The notes beneath the pieces are model-generated. The model worked only from the letters and a program-made list of their open reading frames with translations. It made no database searches and was not told the DNA's origin. The position numbers were made by a program, and so were the translations under genes. From Eremomyces bilateralis CBS 781.70 (lineage: Eukaryota), in the NCBI GenBank assembly GCA_010015585.1, contig ML975153.1: 64,000 bases of DNA. One strand, given 5' to 3'. Of the stretch, positions 13,301 through 24,135 are shown one piece after another. The number at the start of each line of letters is the position of its first letter. Position 1 is the first letter of the stretch.

Positions 13301-14620
13301 CGAAAATACATGGAATAAAAATTTTGACGAATCCTGGAAGAAAGACAACGGTAAAGCGAAACACGTATCAAATGGCCACGTACCTGTCTCTGTGATGGCA
13401 GATTTCGGCTCCTGTACATCTGCTGCCGCTTTCCGTTGGGGAGATTGCAGAGATCGATCTTGATCGGAGGGTAGTGGAGCACTCACTACTCTGGTTGTGG
13501 TTATTGTAGTCTCAGTCTCAGCCGGGCTTGGTACATTGAGCAACATATCCTCGGAACTTTTGCGCGATGGCGGCTTCGAAACGGCACTGGTAGCGCTCGT
13601 CGGTAGCTTGTTCATTTGTGACATCGACGTATCGACAGAAATTTTGGCCTTTGCCACCGGCGTAACCAAAGGAGGGGATGTTTGGGTTGTAGACTGAGAC
13701 TGACTCGAGAGGCCTTGAAAGAGGTAATCGAGATCATCTGGCATCGTCCTATTGCTCAAAGTTGGCTCGTCCTGGGCAGATGAAGTAATAGTCATCTGAG
13801 CTGTGGCAGCTTCCATCGAGAGTTTCTTGGCTTCCTGCAGCATTTGCCCAACATCATCCCCATCTTGGATTGCATCCACCTTTCTCCTCTTCTCTCTAAG
13901 CTCGATCATAGGGACATCCGAGTCGTCGCTCTTACGGCGGATTCTCCTCATCTGACCCATAAGAGGCTCGCTCTCGGAACTGATATCACTAAATCTCCGC
14001 ATCTGCCCCATAAGAGGCTCGTCCACGGCACTGATACCGCTGGATCTCCTCGTCTGTCCCACCGGAGGCTGGCCCTCGGAACTGATACTGCCTGCATAGT
14101 GGGGATATTCGAAGTGCCCTTCGCCCTCCTTGCTCTTCTGTGTTCTGGACGATTCGGCCGTGGTACCCTGACCCGAATCGGAGTCCTGTTCCTCATAAGA
14201 TCTGAGGTGACCTGCTGAGGTGTACGGCCTATGACTGCCTACCGGCAAACCGTACGCGTTCTCCAACTCTAGGAAAAAATCGGCCCAGACCTTCTGTGGG
14301 TCCCTCTTCTCCAGAACTTTGAACTCGGCAATGTCGGCTTCGACCTGGTCGAGGTCGAAGGGTTCGTAGATTCCATCTTCCCGAGCGGCCTTCTCGACTT
14401 CCCATTCTTTTAGCAAGTCGGCGCATCCAACCATCCCGTCCTGGGGCTCCCAGGTTGCCGCACCCCGAGGCCAATATCGCCATCGGACCAGGTAATGTTC
14501 CACGCCATCCACCGTTTTCGCCGAGAGGATCCTCTCGGCTTGGAATAGGTTATCGTCTGCCTCTTTCACGCTCTCGATGAATTCTTTCCTTCGTTCTTCC
14601 TCAGAAGCCAAGCTATCCAT
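10384..14620 (-). CDS. Chromodomain plus CCCH zinc-finger protein (Chp1-like architecture), 3 exons
   Basis: Exons 14620-13384, 12987-11761 and 11702-10384 splice in frame (both introns phase 1), joining three ORF-track entries. N-terminal chromodomain (FQAERIL...HYLVRWRYWPRGAATWEP); three CCCH fingers (CSNW..C..C..H, CGFW..C..C..H, CYFW..C..C..H); compact C-terminal beta-rich domain. Confidence 0.75.
11401..11566 (-). repeat. 60-bp coding tandem repeat, ~2.8 copies (DSYRPxxPSP...)
   Basis: GGYGACGGC..CAGGGCGAT.. units recur at 11417, 11477 and 11537 inside exon 3 of the chromodomain gene. Confidence 0.85.
13943..14087 (-). repeat. 51-bp coding tandem repeat, ~3 copies (ISSExEPLMGQMRR...)
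   Basis: TCTCC.C.TCTG.CCCA...GAGGCT units at 13943, 13994 and 14045 in exon 1 of the chromodomain gene. Confidence 0.85.
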
Positions 14621-15202
14621 GGTAGAGACTTATGCAATGAACGATGGCATTCCCTGCATGAAACTGCCAGGCAAAGACTTGTTGAGTAGTATAAACAGGA
14701 ATCGCGAGAACGTAAAGGAGAGGCAGAGATTCGGAGAACATAGACGACGTTTTCGAATAATGATAGGAAGAAAAGGCAGGACTGATGTTGGGGGATGGGT
14801 ATCGAAGAGCCCCAACGATTGGATTTCCACCTCTGCCGCTGCCTTGTCGATAGCTGGGTTTATTCGTGTGCAGATACTTGAGTGACTTTCATTATGAATC
14901 CGACTAGACTCAAATGATGGCAGAGCGATGTGAAAGGTGCATGAAGATCGCGTAAAGATCGCTAAAGATTAGAAGTGTGGGACGTGAGAACGTATACCAG
15001 CTTCTTTTGCGGCACCTGAGACTGGAATCATCCATGGAATTGGTGACATGAGAAAGCATTATATCACATCCTTCAATTCGAATTCTTAGAAGTGTTTAAT
15101 ACAAGTAAACGAAGTTGTGACACGAAAGGGTGAAGTCAAAGAATCGTTGCCGCTCCTTGTTGCCTGGGGTCAGATCCATCCACCACCCAGATGCATTATC
15201 CG

Positions 15203-15282
15203 CACGTGATGATTTACAGGGGCTTCTTGGCATTTGGCAAGCTTAGCTGCACGTGATAGCGGGGCGAGTCATCAGTCACGTG
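15203..15282. promoter_or_regulatory. Cluster of three CACGTG E-boxes in the chromodomain-gene/Rab11 divergent promoter
   Basis: CACGTG at 15203-15208, 15250-15255 and 15277-15282, each followed by A (TCACGTG on the minus strand, Cbf1-like). Confidence 0.55.
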
Positions 15283-15593
15283 AAAGTGATGCCTGGTTGC
15301 CTCAGCACTGTCTCACTTCACTGGCGTCCTCCCTTTCACGATTCCATCCAAATTGAGGCGTTGAGCTCACTCCGCACACGCATCCCCCACAAAAGCCCAT
15401 GAAACATCTTTCAACGTCCTCATTGTCCATTCGCCCCAAATAATCACTGCCTCCTACAGACACTGCAATCTGATCACTGCATCATTCATTGCCGGTCACT
15501 CTCGGAATATTGATTTCCTTCCCTTGTGTCCTCCTGCTGCACCGTGTGTGCCTCACCGACACCTCCCTCGACCCACGACATCGATAGGCAATC

Positions 15594-16572
15594 ATGGCCA
15601 ACGACGAGTATGATGTATGGCCCCTTGACCCCGACGTTCATCACATACCACCGCTGATATCCTGATGCTCTGCAGTTCCTATTCAAAGGTATGCCACATG
15701 AACCTTCGTATCGGTCCGCCTCGCTCCGTCGAATGCTCCCTTGACGCCTGATACGTGGTGCGCTCCGGAATCCGTAGGTTGCTGACGGCGTGTGCCAGTG
15801 GTGCTGATCGGCGACTCGGGCGTCGGCAAATCGAACCTGCTCAGTCGCTTTACCCGCAACGAATTCAACCTGGATTCGAAGTCGACCATCGGCGTGGAAT
15901 TCGCGACCCGCAGCATCCAAGTCGACCAGAAGACCATCAAGGCGCAGATATGGGACACCGCCGGACAAGAGCGATATCGAGCCATCACTTCGGCCTATTA
16001 CCGCGGTGCCGTCGGGGCCTTGCTCGTGTACGATATTTCCAAGGTACAGACGTATGAGAACGTCACTCGATGGCTGCGAGAGCTGCGCGATCACGCCGAC
16101 AGCAACATCGTCATCATGCTTGTGGGTAACAAGAGTGATTTGCGGCATCTACGCGCTGTACCGACAGATGATGCAAAGGCCTTTGCGAGTATGTATTCCT
16201 GGAATCTTATCGACGAATTCCGCCCTTGAATCATTCAGCCTGAGGTATTCCGCTAACGCCAACGTGTACCTCTAGGTGAAAATAGTCTCTCTTTTATCGA
16301 GACCTCCGCTCTCGATGCAAGCAACGTCGAACTCGCATTTCAAAACATTCTCACTGGTGAGTGACATCCTCACTGTCTTAATGCTGCTGCCTGGCCTCTC
16401 CGTGCTCTCAACTATGATGGACACGCTAACCGTCGTTCCAGAAATCTACCGGATTGTCTCGAGCAAGGCACTCGACCAAGGCGACGCATCTCAGAACCCC
16501 ATCGGGGAACGCCACACCGTGCATCTCTCCCCATCGGCGGACAAGGAGGCGAAGAAGCCGAATTGCTGCTAG
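15594..16572 (+). CDS. YPT31: Rab11-family GTPase (Ypt31/Ypt3/RabE), 5 exons
   Basis: Exons 15594-15614, 15676-15688, 15799-16188, 16276-16356 and 16442-16572; [65 protein letters not shown]-terminal CC prenylation motif. Confidence 0.97.
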
Positions 16573-17592
16573 ATGCCGATTCCGCTCGGTTCTTTGATCT
16601 GGGGCCCATTGGTCCGGGGTCGATCCTTCGCCATGTTCCGGTGGCTTACTTGTTGCGCTGCGAGATTCGGTCAGGCGCTTGGGATGACGTTAGGTGTCGA
16701 TGCATGAGTCGTTAACGGTTGGGAAACGAGGGTATAGAATGGATGTGAAGGGTGTTTTTTCGCTGTTCCTGGGATGGGTTACGTCTTCGTTGCGGTTGAT
16801 GGAACATGGTCCGGTGGCAATCCGGCCTGGTCCACTCCTGGCTGCTGGGGTGGGATTGGAGCTGGAATTGGGATTCGTTCGTCTGCTGCTACGACATGTC
16901 GACTGGCAAGGTCCACGCATTCGGAGTTTACAATCAACTGGTAGTCTATGATCCTCGGCCTTCATCAATATGAAACATGTATGTCGTTTCCGATAGCATG
17001 GCCAAACTCAACCGCAACAGGTCCTTCAGTTTTAAGAAGCATTTAATACATTTTCCATGCAACGCTGATTCCCGTTGGTCGCTTGTTGGTTATATACAGT
17101 TCACGGACGGACGGTACCGAACGCAGCCGGTCCTCGGAGGTGAGCAGTACAAGAAGAGTGATCGGTGGGCAGAAAGGGGTAGCGCTACAATGAAAATAAC
17201 AAGAAGAATTGGGGATCTGTAATCCAAGGGTATTGAGTTAGACCAACATGAAGGGTGGGTAGAGTCTAGGATTTTGTATATCATGATGGACATTTGCATG
17301 ATGCTGCAGCGTACCAACAGCAGAGATAGAAACATAAACGCTGAACCGTTCTTTCATCCAGAGTTCATCGTGACGATGAACTCAAGCATTAGATCCGTGA
17401 AGGACGTACAAAACAAGCCCATGCAATCGTATCCGAGAAGTTGAAAAGGAAATCATTGGATGTAAAGGCGTGTGCCATCAGACATGAAACATAGTCATCG
17501 TGAAGATAGGCGTGAAAGAAGCAAGATAAATAAAACACAAAAAGATCACGCAGCTAACTTCGGAACGAATCCACAAGCCCGCGACAGACCAC

Positions 17593-20500
17593 TTACATTC
17601 GTCCGTCCCGCATCCTCGTTCCGACCACGGCCAATGCAATCACGGCACCGATCAGCAACAGCCCGACCACACACATGATACGGTTCAGATTCCGCCACCA
17701 TCGGGCCTTGAGAAACTGCTTCTCTTCATAAGCGTCTAGCCGAAGTGCGAGCGCTTGCTGGATATCCGCGTCGTAGCTAGGACGGGTGGGCGGAGCATTG
17801 GGATCATCAACGCCGACGGTATCCGTCCGCACTTTTGCTTTCCCCGTCTGCTTGCTACGCTTGGGTGCCTTCTCTGCCGTGGTTCCTTCCAAGCCAGCTA
17901 GCGCCGCAGCCGGTCCACCGGCCTCGACATCGCTCTCGTCGTACCGAGCGGTAGGCCGCTGCGGCAACGGCAGCAGAGCGCCGACGTACCAGGCCGGCGG
18001 GAAGACGAACCCGACGGCGAAGAGGGCGATCTGCCGGCCGACGCCGCCAAACACGGCACGCGGTCCAATCGGCTCGTCGAGACTCGGGGTAACCCAGACG
18101 GACATCCGCCCGGCGCTGCGACGGTCACGAGGCAATCGTGGCGAGTTGAGGCTGAGCCCTGGGATTGCTCCCGAGAGATACTGTGGCTGTGGAGGGCGGA
18201 GGGAAAGCGCGGTCAGCCGAGCAGTGCGAGACTGACGGGCGGCAAATGATTCGACTGCGGATGGGTCATCGGAAGCGAGACGCGTATCAGTGACCGCGGG
18301 GTCGGTGGGCAGGTCGGAGAGGGTTGGAGAGGGTGTGCGCGGAGGCGAAGGCGGGGGAAGCTGCGAACTACGTGCCGACGACATTCGCACGCGCCTGGAA
18401 ATGATTGAAAATCTTTTAGAGCGTCGAAGCACGGAGCGTCGAGACTGGTCCGGGTGCTCGGGCGTGGGTGATAATCGTGACACGCCAGTAGGGGAGGTCG
18501 CGGCGGCACCGCGGAGGTTGGATTGTCGCGGGCGCTTTCGGGGATGGAATAGGGATAACGGAAAGTGAGCGGAGGGACTGGTTGACCGAGCCGAGGCGGA
18601 AGTCGTTTGACGGATGATGGAAGTCGACGGGACTGTCTGGGGTGGCGTTGACGTCTCCGGCGGAAAAGAAATCGGGAACGCGACATTGGAATGCGATGAT
18701 GTGGGTGGTAGCAGGACAGAACCACGATAATATGCCCTGCGAGATGAGAAGGATGGTCGTTAGCTGGACTGAACTCTTATGAGGCTAGTGGAAATAATGT
18801 GATAGGTTTGCCCTGACGAACGCCCTTGGCCAACGAGACAAATAACCCTAGCGGCTTCAAAAGCTGCACCTGCATAGGCGAGTGAATCGTTGGACGTTGC
18901 CGAACGGGTATATTAAGTCGGCAGATTGCCCGCGCAGTGTTATAGGATTGTGCGGGGATCTCTGCAGGGACAGGCAACATAAAATGAGCGGCCAAGGCTT
19001 TTGAATGTCGCAACATGGGGAATAATCCATGCCCCGTTCAGGCAAACAGGGGTTCAAGCGTTGTAATAAGAGAACTGTTTTCATCAACTTACCTTGCCCA
19101 TGCCGGTAGCGTGCTAGCGATAACGCTCGGTGCGGAGCTTCTCGCCGAGTACGTAGATCCTGACGAAGTCGGCCTCGACAACGTATCAGAATATCTCCTG
19201 AAATAACCCGATCGCTGTTGGCGCAGTTGTGGAGACGGAAGATCGGCGACATGGTCATCTTGTTCTTCCGAGTCACGACCGGACGGGACCGTAGACGATG
19301 GCGATAAATATTGCGTAGAGAAGAGGGGCGCAGGAGCCGCAACAGATGGCATGGTTGACTCGCTAGCAATTGATCGAAGGCCACCGTTAGATGACTCGCT
19401 CTCGGGACGCCCCCACCGCCTCGGGCTAGATGAGCGCTCGCGGTAGAGGCCATCCAAGATATCCCCGCTCTCCCGACCCTCTTCTTTCTCATGAGGTATG
19501 GAAAAAGAGTGGGACGGGCGCGACTCTGTCTCGGACGGTATCGTGGAGAGACGAGAGCTCCATTGCGCTCGGGATGGCCCGTCGTTCATTCGTGGGGAAA
19601 CGCGTGGTGAGACCGTGGACGACGAGGCCCATGAATTGCTCGCTGGAGATTGTCGAACAATTGGGTACTGGATCGGGACTCCGGTCTCGACCGCAAGCCG
19701 GATGGCGGAGCGTAAAGGAGTCACAGGACTCGAGGCTGACCGAGGACGATCCGAGTTGCCGGTCGAGGAAGAGTCGGATCTACCTAGCGACTCCGCTGAG
19801 TGCTTGACGATGGTTCCTCCACTGTGCTTACTCGACGGCGAAGCCGACTTCGAGCTTCGAGCGCTGAGCGAAGATACCGAGCGTTGGTGCTTGCCGGGTG
19901 TAGAATGGACGATAAAGTTCGGCGAGGACGGTGGGGAGGATGAGACCGTGGTATGCGGACCCTCTGGATGACGAATGGTCAAGGCATCCGACGTTGCAGA
20001 AGATGCGAGAGAGCTTCCGGATCGCTGTTCGTTCAGTCTTCGGGCGTGATCGATATGCGATGTAGGGGTCGGGGAAGATGATAGTGGATCGGAGGCGACG
20101 AGTCTTATGCTAGATGGATTCGCTTCCTGGACGTTACTCAAGACTCCTTCAAGGAAGTCCTCATCACCAGTGGCTAGGGACGACGGGGGAGTAGAGGCCT
20201 GGGAGAAGCGACTGGATGAGGGCGTATAGGGAGAACCAGTCGTTCGAAAGGTACCCGCTTCGGAGCTGGTGGAGGTCGATTGACGGTCTGAAGGGGACTT
20301 TCGCGGTTTCAGAGGTTGAGGAATCAGGCCGTCGTCCGGACTGCCGGTGGTTACAACATTGGACGCAGAGGTGTCGGCTGAAACTCGCACATCCTTGTCT
20401 TCGAAGATGGAATCGGGCGCATTGTGTGGGCGCAAGATGTGGGAAGGGTGGCTCGGGAAGGGGGATTTGAAATATGCGGCGGCGGTATCTTCATCAATTA

Positions 20501-20639
20501 TGCGGATGCTCGGACGGGCCAATTCGTTTGTGCGGGATTGGGAGTGCTCGCGGAGAGGTTGCCGCTTGGGAGATGCTCGCCGGGAATGACTAGGACCGGG
20601 AGAGGGACGGCGCAGGGAGCTGGAAGAGGACGATGACAT
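17593..20639 (-). CDS. Ser/Pro-rich protein with C-terminal transmembrane segments (unknown function)
   Basis: Exon 20639-19093, 356-nt intron 19092-18737 (gtaagt...gctaac...cag), exon 18736-17593, in frame (PAWAR|AYYRG). C-terminal hydrophobic blocks LFAVGFVFPPAWYVGALLPLP and WWRNLNRIMCVVGLLLIGAVIALAVV. Confidence 0.8.
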
Positions 20640-21812
20640 GTTTCAGCGAGCAATAAGCTGGCAGATCGAGGTCTCAAGAGGGATGCAAACAGCATTTAAA
20701 GAGCGTGGTGGTGGTATATTAAAAACATGCTTGATCAAATGGCTGATATGAGCAAGAGAACACGAGAGGACGAAAGCCGAGAAATTGAAGCAATGCTGAT
20801 GAACGAGTGGCGGCTAATGCAGAGGCATAGTGAGGGTCAAAAGAGCGACAGTGCTAAGGGATAAAAATACTCATAACGAAACAAAAAGGAAGGACAAGAT
20901 AAGGTAGAAATGAAGGACAGTGTTGCAAGTTTGTAGGAGAAGGGGAAAGGGTTGGAAGGTTTCATATGGAGGTGTGTGGGAGAGAGTGAAAGGGAGTTGA
21001 GTGGCTGGCACGTGGAAGCCTGAGGCTGTAAGGCAAGAACCCCCAATAATGGACGACGAATTGAATAGGGACTAGGGAGGGAACAGTGTACAGTCAGCAA
21101 CCAGAAGCGACTCAAGCGAGAAAGAGAGATAGCAATTAATGACCTAAGTACAACCTGGGCAATAATAATACGTCAAGCCAGCCAGTGAAAGTTGCAGCTG
21201 GCATACAGAATAATAAATATTCATTTTCCTGCAGCAGCCCTGCAGAAGTCCTAGCTGTCCTGCACAGGTCATGCACGTTCCTGCAAAGGAAAGGGATTCC
21301 AAAGTGGATCATCCTATCCTTCCTGGATCGTAAAGTAGAATGGAAACGAAAGGGGAATGCAGATTACACGTGTATCAGTGGTCAATATTAAGTGATTAAT
21401 ATGGACTGCGTCCCTCATCCAGCGTTGGAATCTTGGAGGCCAATCGACCAATTCATCGGGGCAAGATGGAGGAATGGAGGTCAGGATGAGGGAGGTGGAG
21501 TTACAGTATGAAGCGATCACTGGAGGAATGGATTGGACCCCATTAGCTCCCTTGTCCACGAATGATAAATGCGGAAATAATAATAATTCTCCCCTCTGTC
21601 ACCCTCTAATATTCCTAATATTCTTCCCTACCGTCATTCCTATTGTATTCCTGAATCTTTCTCGTGTTCTTTGTCCTTCATACACCGCCAATCCATCGTC
21701 CCATTTCCACGTGCTTTGTTCTCCTGAAGTCCTGATATTCTTTCTCGGATCTCCATATTTCTTCGGGGTTCTGACTTCTGTATTTCTCACCCATCTAGTC
21801 CCCGTGGCGCTA

Positions 21813-23578
21813 ATGGACGTGTTCAACCGTCTCAAGGATTCCTACACCAAAGAACCGCGTGAGTGCTTCCCTCCACTACAGAGTCCAGCTGTTCGTTCGG
21901 TTGGCTTGTCGCGTTCGCTGCTGAAACGCGTCCACCTCAACAGCGTCAAAACCGCCCGCATTATCTGCAAACGCCGTGGTAGCATTGTCGGTACGACTGA
22001 CCTCTCGTTGATTCCATAACCTCCATACCAGTCGTCTGAATCCTGATATTGTGCTCTTTCGGCTGGTTCGCGGCTTCCCCTGCATTTGTAGTCATCCCAC
22101 TTTGCATCCAACTCTCCAAGTCTGTGCCTTTCTCCGTCTCGCATCCGCCATGGGCTTGACTTTTCCAAATGTTTGACGTTTGACGTTTGATGTCATCGCA
22201 CGATCCATGTCGTATGTGCTCTGTGGAATGCGGCTCTCCCAACCCTACACTTACCAGACCTGAACCAGCACACGATCTGCAGTCTCCATGAAATACGAAT
22301 GAATAATCCGCATTCCACAGTCCACTATGCTACGGTACACATTCCACTATCATGAAGTCTTGTCCAAACAAACCTCAGTCTTCAAGGATCCTGGGATGAC
22401 CTTTCCGTTTGCGAGTCCTTCTTGAAATTCCCATTCAAACCCCTATTCCCCAGATGCGCCCAATATGCCACCTACTAACCCAGCATGTCTGGTGGCCCTG
22501 CAGGTAACATATGTCTTGCTCTTTGTCGTTCCGTTCTATCTCGATAAGAACACTCGACCCTCGGCGACCCTGACTCGCGATGCCCCGTCCGTCATCCGCG
22601 CCAGACTACGCGCGGTGAGCATTGCCTCCGTCACCACCGTCGTGATCACCCTCTACATCCTATCGGTGTACGGAAAGTATGGTTTCGGGGAGTCCCTCCA
22701 TCACCTGGGTCTCTGGCCAGTAGGCCTTCACGACATCGCCAAGGTACTACTACTATGCATGATCCTCTTCGTCGGCCCTCTCTTCGAGAGCTATTATGTC
22801 GAATCTTCCTGGCGAGAGTTGATCTCCGGCTCCGCATGGCGCGATCGCATGGACAGCCTGATTTGGTGGCGGAATATCGTCGTGGTAAGCGTAGCTGAAC
22901 CCTCGTTTTTTACTCCTTCCTATTCTCACACCAATAAAGGCTCCCCTTCTTGAAGAAGCGGTGTTCCGCTCCTCCATCGTCCCTCTCCACCTCCTCACCT
23001 ACGCCACCGTGTCTGACATGCACAACCCCCCGAACTATGCCAACGTCATCTACATCACCCCCCTGTACTTCGGCATCGCGCACATCCACCATTTCTACGA
23101 ATTTCGCCTCACCCATCCGCGCGTCCCGCTCATCGCTGCCGTCCTCCGATCGGTCATTCAGATGGCCTACACCACGCTGTTCGGCATGTTCGCCGTGTTC
23201 ATCTTGCTACGGACTGGGAGTTTCTGGGCGTGCTGCGCCGCGCATGCGTTCTGCAATTCCATGAGATTCCCGCGCTTGTGGGGGAGAGTGACTGTGGAAG
23301 TCCCTATGGTGGAAGTCCCGACCGCGGCTGGGCCGGATGTTTTCGAAGGGATGTTGAACGCTGACGCTGAGGGAGCTGGGAGGAAGAATGAGGATGGTGA
23401 TGGCGGTAGGAAGCGAACAGAGTCGGCGAACGGGCCGAGCGGAGGAAATGTCGGATCTGCCACTCAGGAGACGCTCTATACTGTCGTGTATTACTCATTG
23501 CTCGTCGTTGGTGCGGTGGGATTCTACAAGATGCTGTATCCATTGACGGGCAGCAGTAATGCCCTTGTGGCATTGTGA
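21813..23578 (+). CDS. RCE1: CAAX prenyl protease 2 (Rce1, CPBP/Abi family), 4 exons
   Basis: Exons 21813-21858, 21944-21990, 22504-22884 and 22940-23578 give MDVFNRLKDSYTKEPPSKPPALSANAVVALSVTYVLLFVVPFYL...RDAPSVIRAR...RNIVVAPLLEEAVFR...FGIAHIHH...YTTLFG...HAFCNSMRFP. Confidence 0.9.
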
Positions 23579-24135
23579 ACGATCAAACCCCTTTTCAAGA
23601 TAACTCCTCATGTTACATACCGTGGTATATGCTCTCCGGCTCTCTTATCTGGACTATCTTATTCCTGTGGGGCTGGTTCGTTTTCATGACCAAGACCCAA
23701 CCCTTTTCAGGAGTCTACAGAATTGAAAATCGATAATTAAAAAGATGAAAAATATTCTACTATTTGGATACCCATCGCTTTTGTATCGAAATTTAGAAAA
23801 TTCTCTTCGTTCTGTATCCCGTAAGTGACCGTAACCAGTGTAAGGAAATCAGTGCATACAACTTTCCCGGGTATTGGATTTCCCCACTCAATTTCTATCC
23901 AGCGAACCGGGACTTGACAGTTGATGATGACCACTCTGCCGACTGCTATCCATTCCTCCTTGCAAGTTCCAAACCTTCCATTGTCTTTTTATATATGCCT
24001 GTAACTGTTTGTTAATTCGCACGACAAGCGTGTTCATAAAATCTTCTGTATAGAGTCAATGGTTTAATGCGACGATAGCCAAATTGCCTGGAGTACTTTG
24101 GTTTCTTTACTGACCTTCAAATACGTCAACGCATC

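Noticed and set aside
11401..14087. Tandem repeats considered as a CRISPR-like array
   Set aside because: They are in-frame coding minisatellites without unique spacers, in a eukaryotic gene; no cas genes.
15486..16148. 220-aa minus-strand ORF antisense to Rab11
   Set aside because: Shadow frame of a conserved, codon-biased gene; it crosses Rab11 introns and shows no motif of its own.
22238..22250. CCAACCCTACAC and scattered AACCCTAA words (41553, 52791) resembling telomere repeat or telomerase template
   Set aside because: Single imperfect words, expected by chance; no tandem TTAGGG array.
15594..23578. Functional link between Rab11 and RCE1 (prenylation pathway)
   Set aside because: This Rab ends in -CC, which is not a CAAX substrate for Rce1; proximity is likely incidental.
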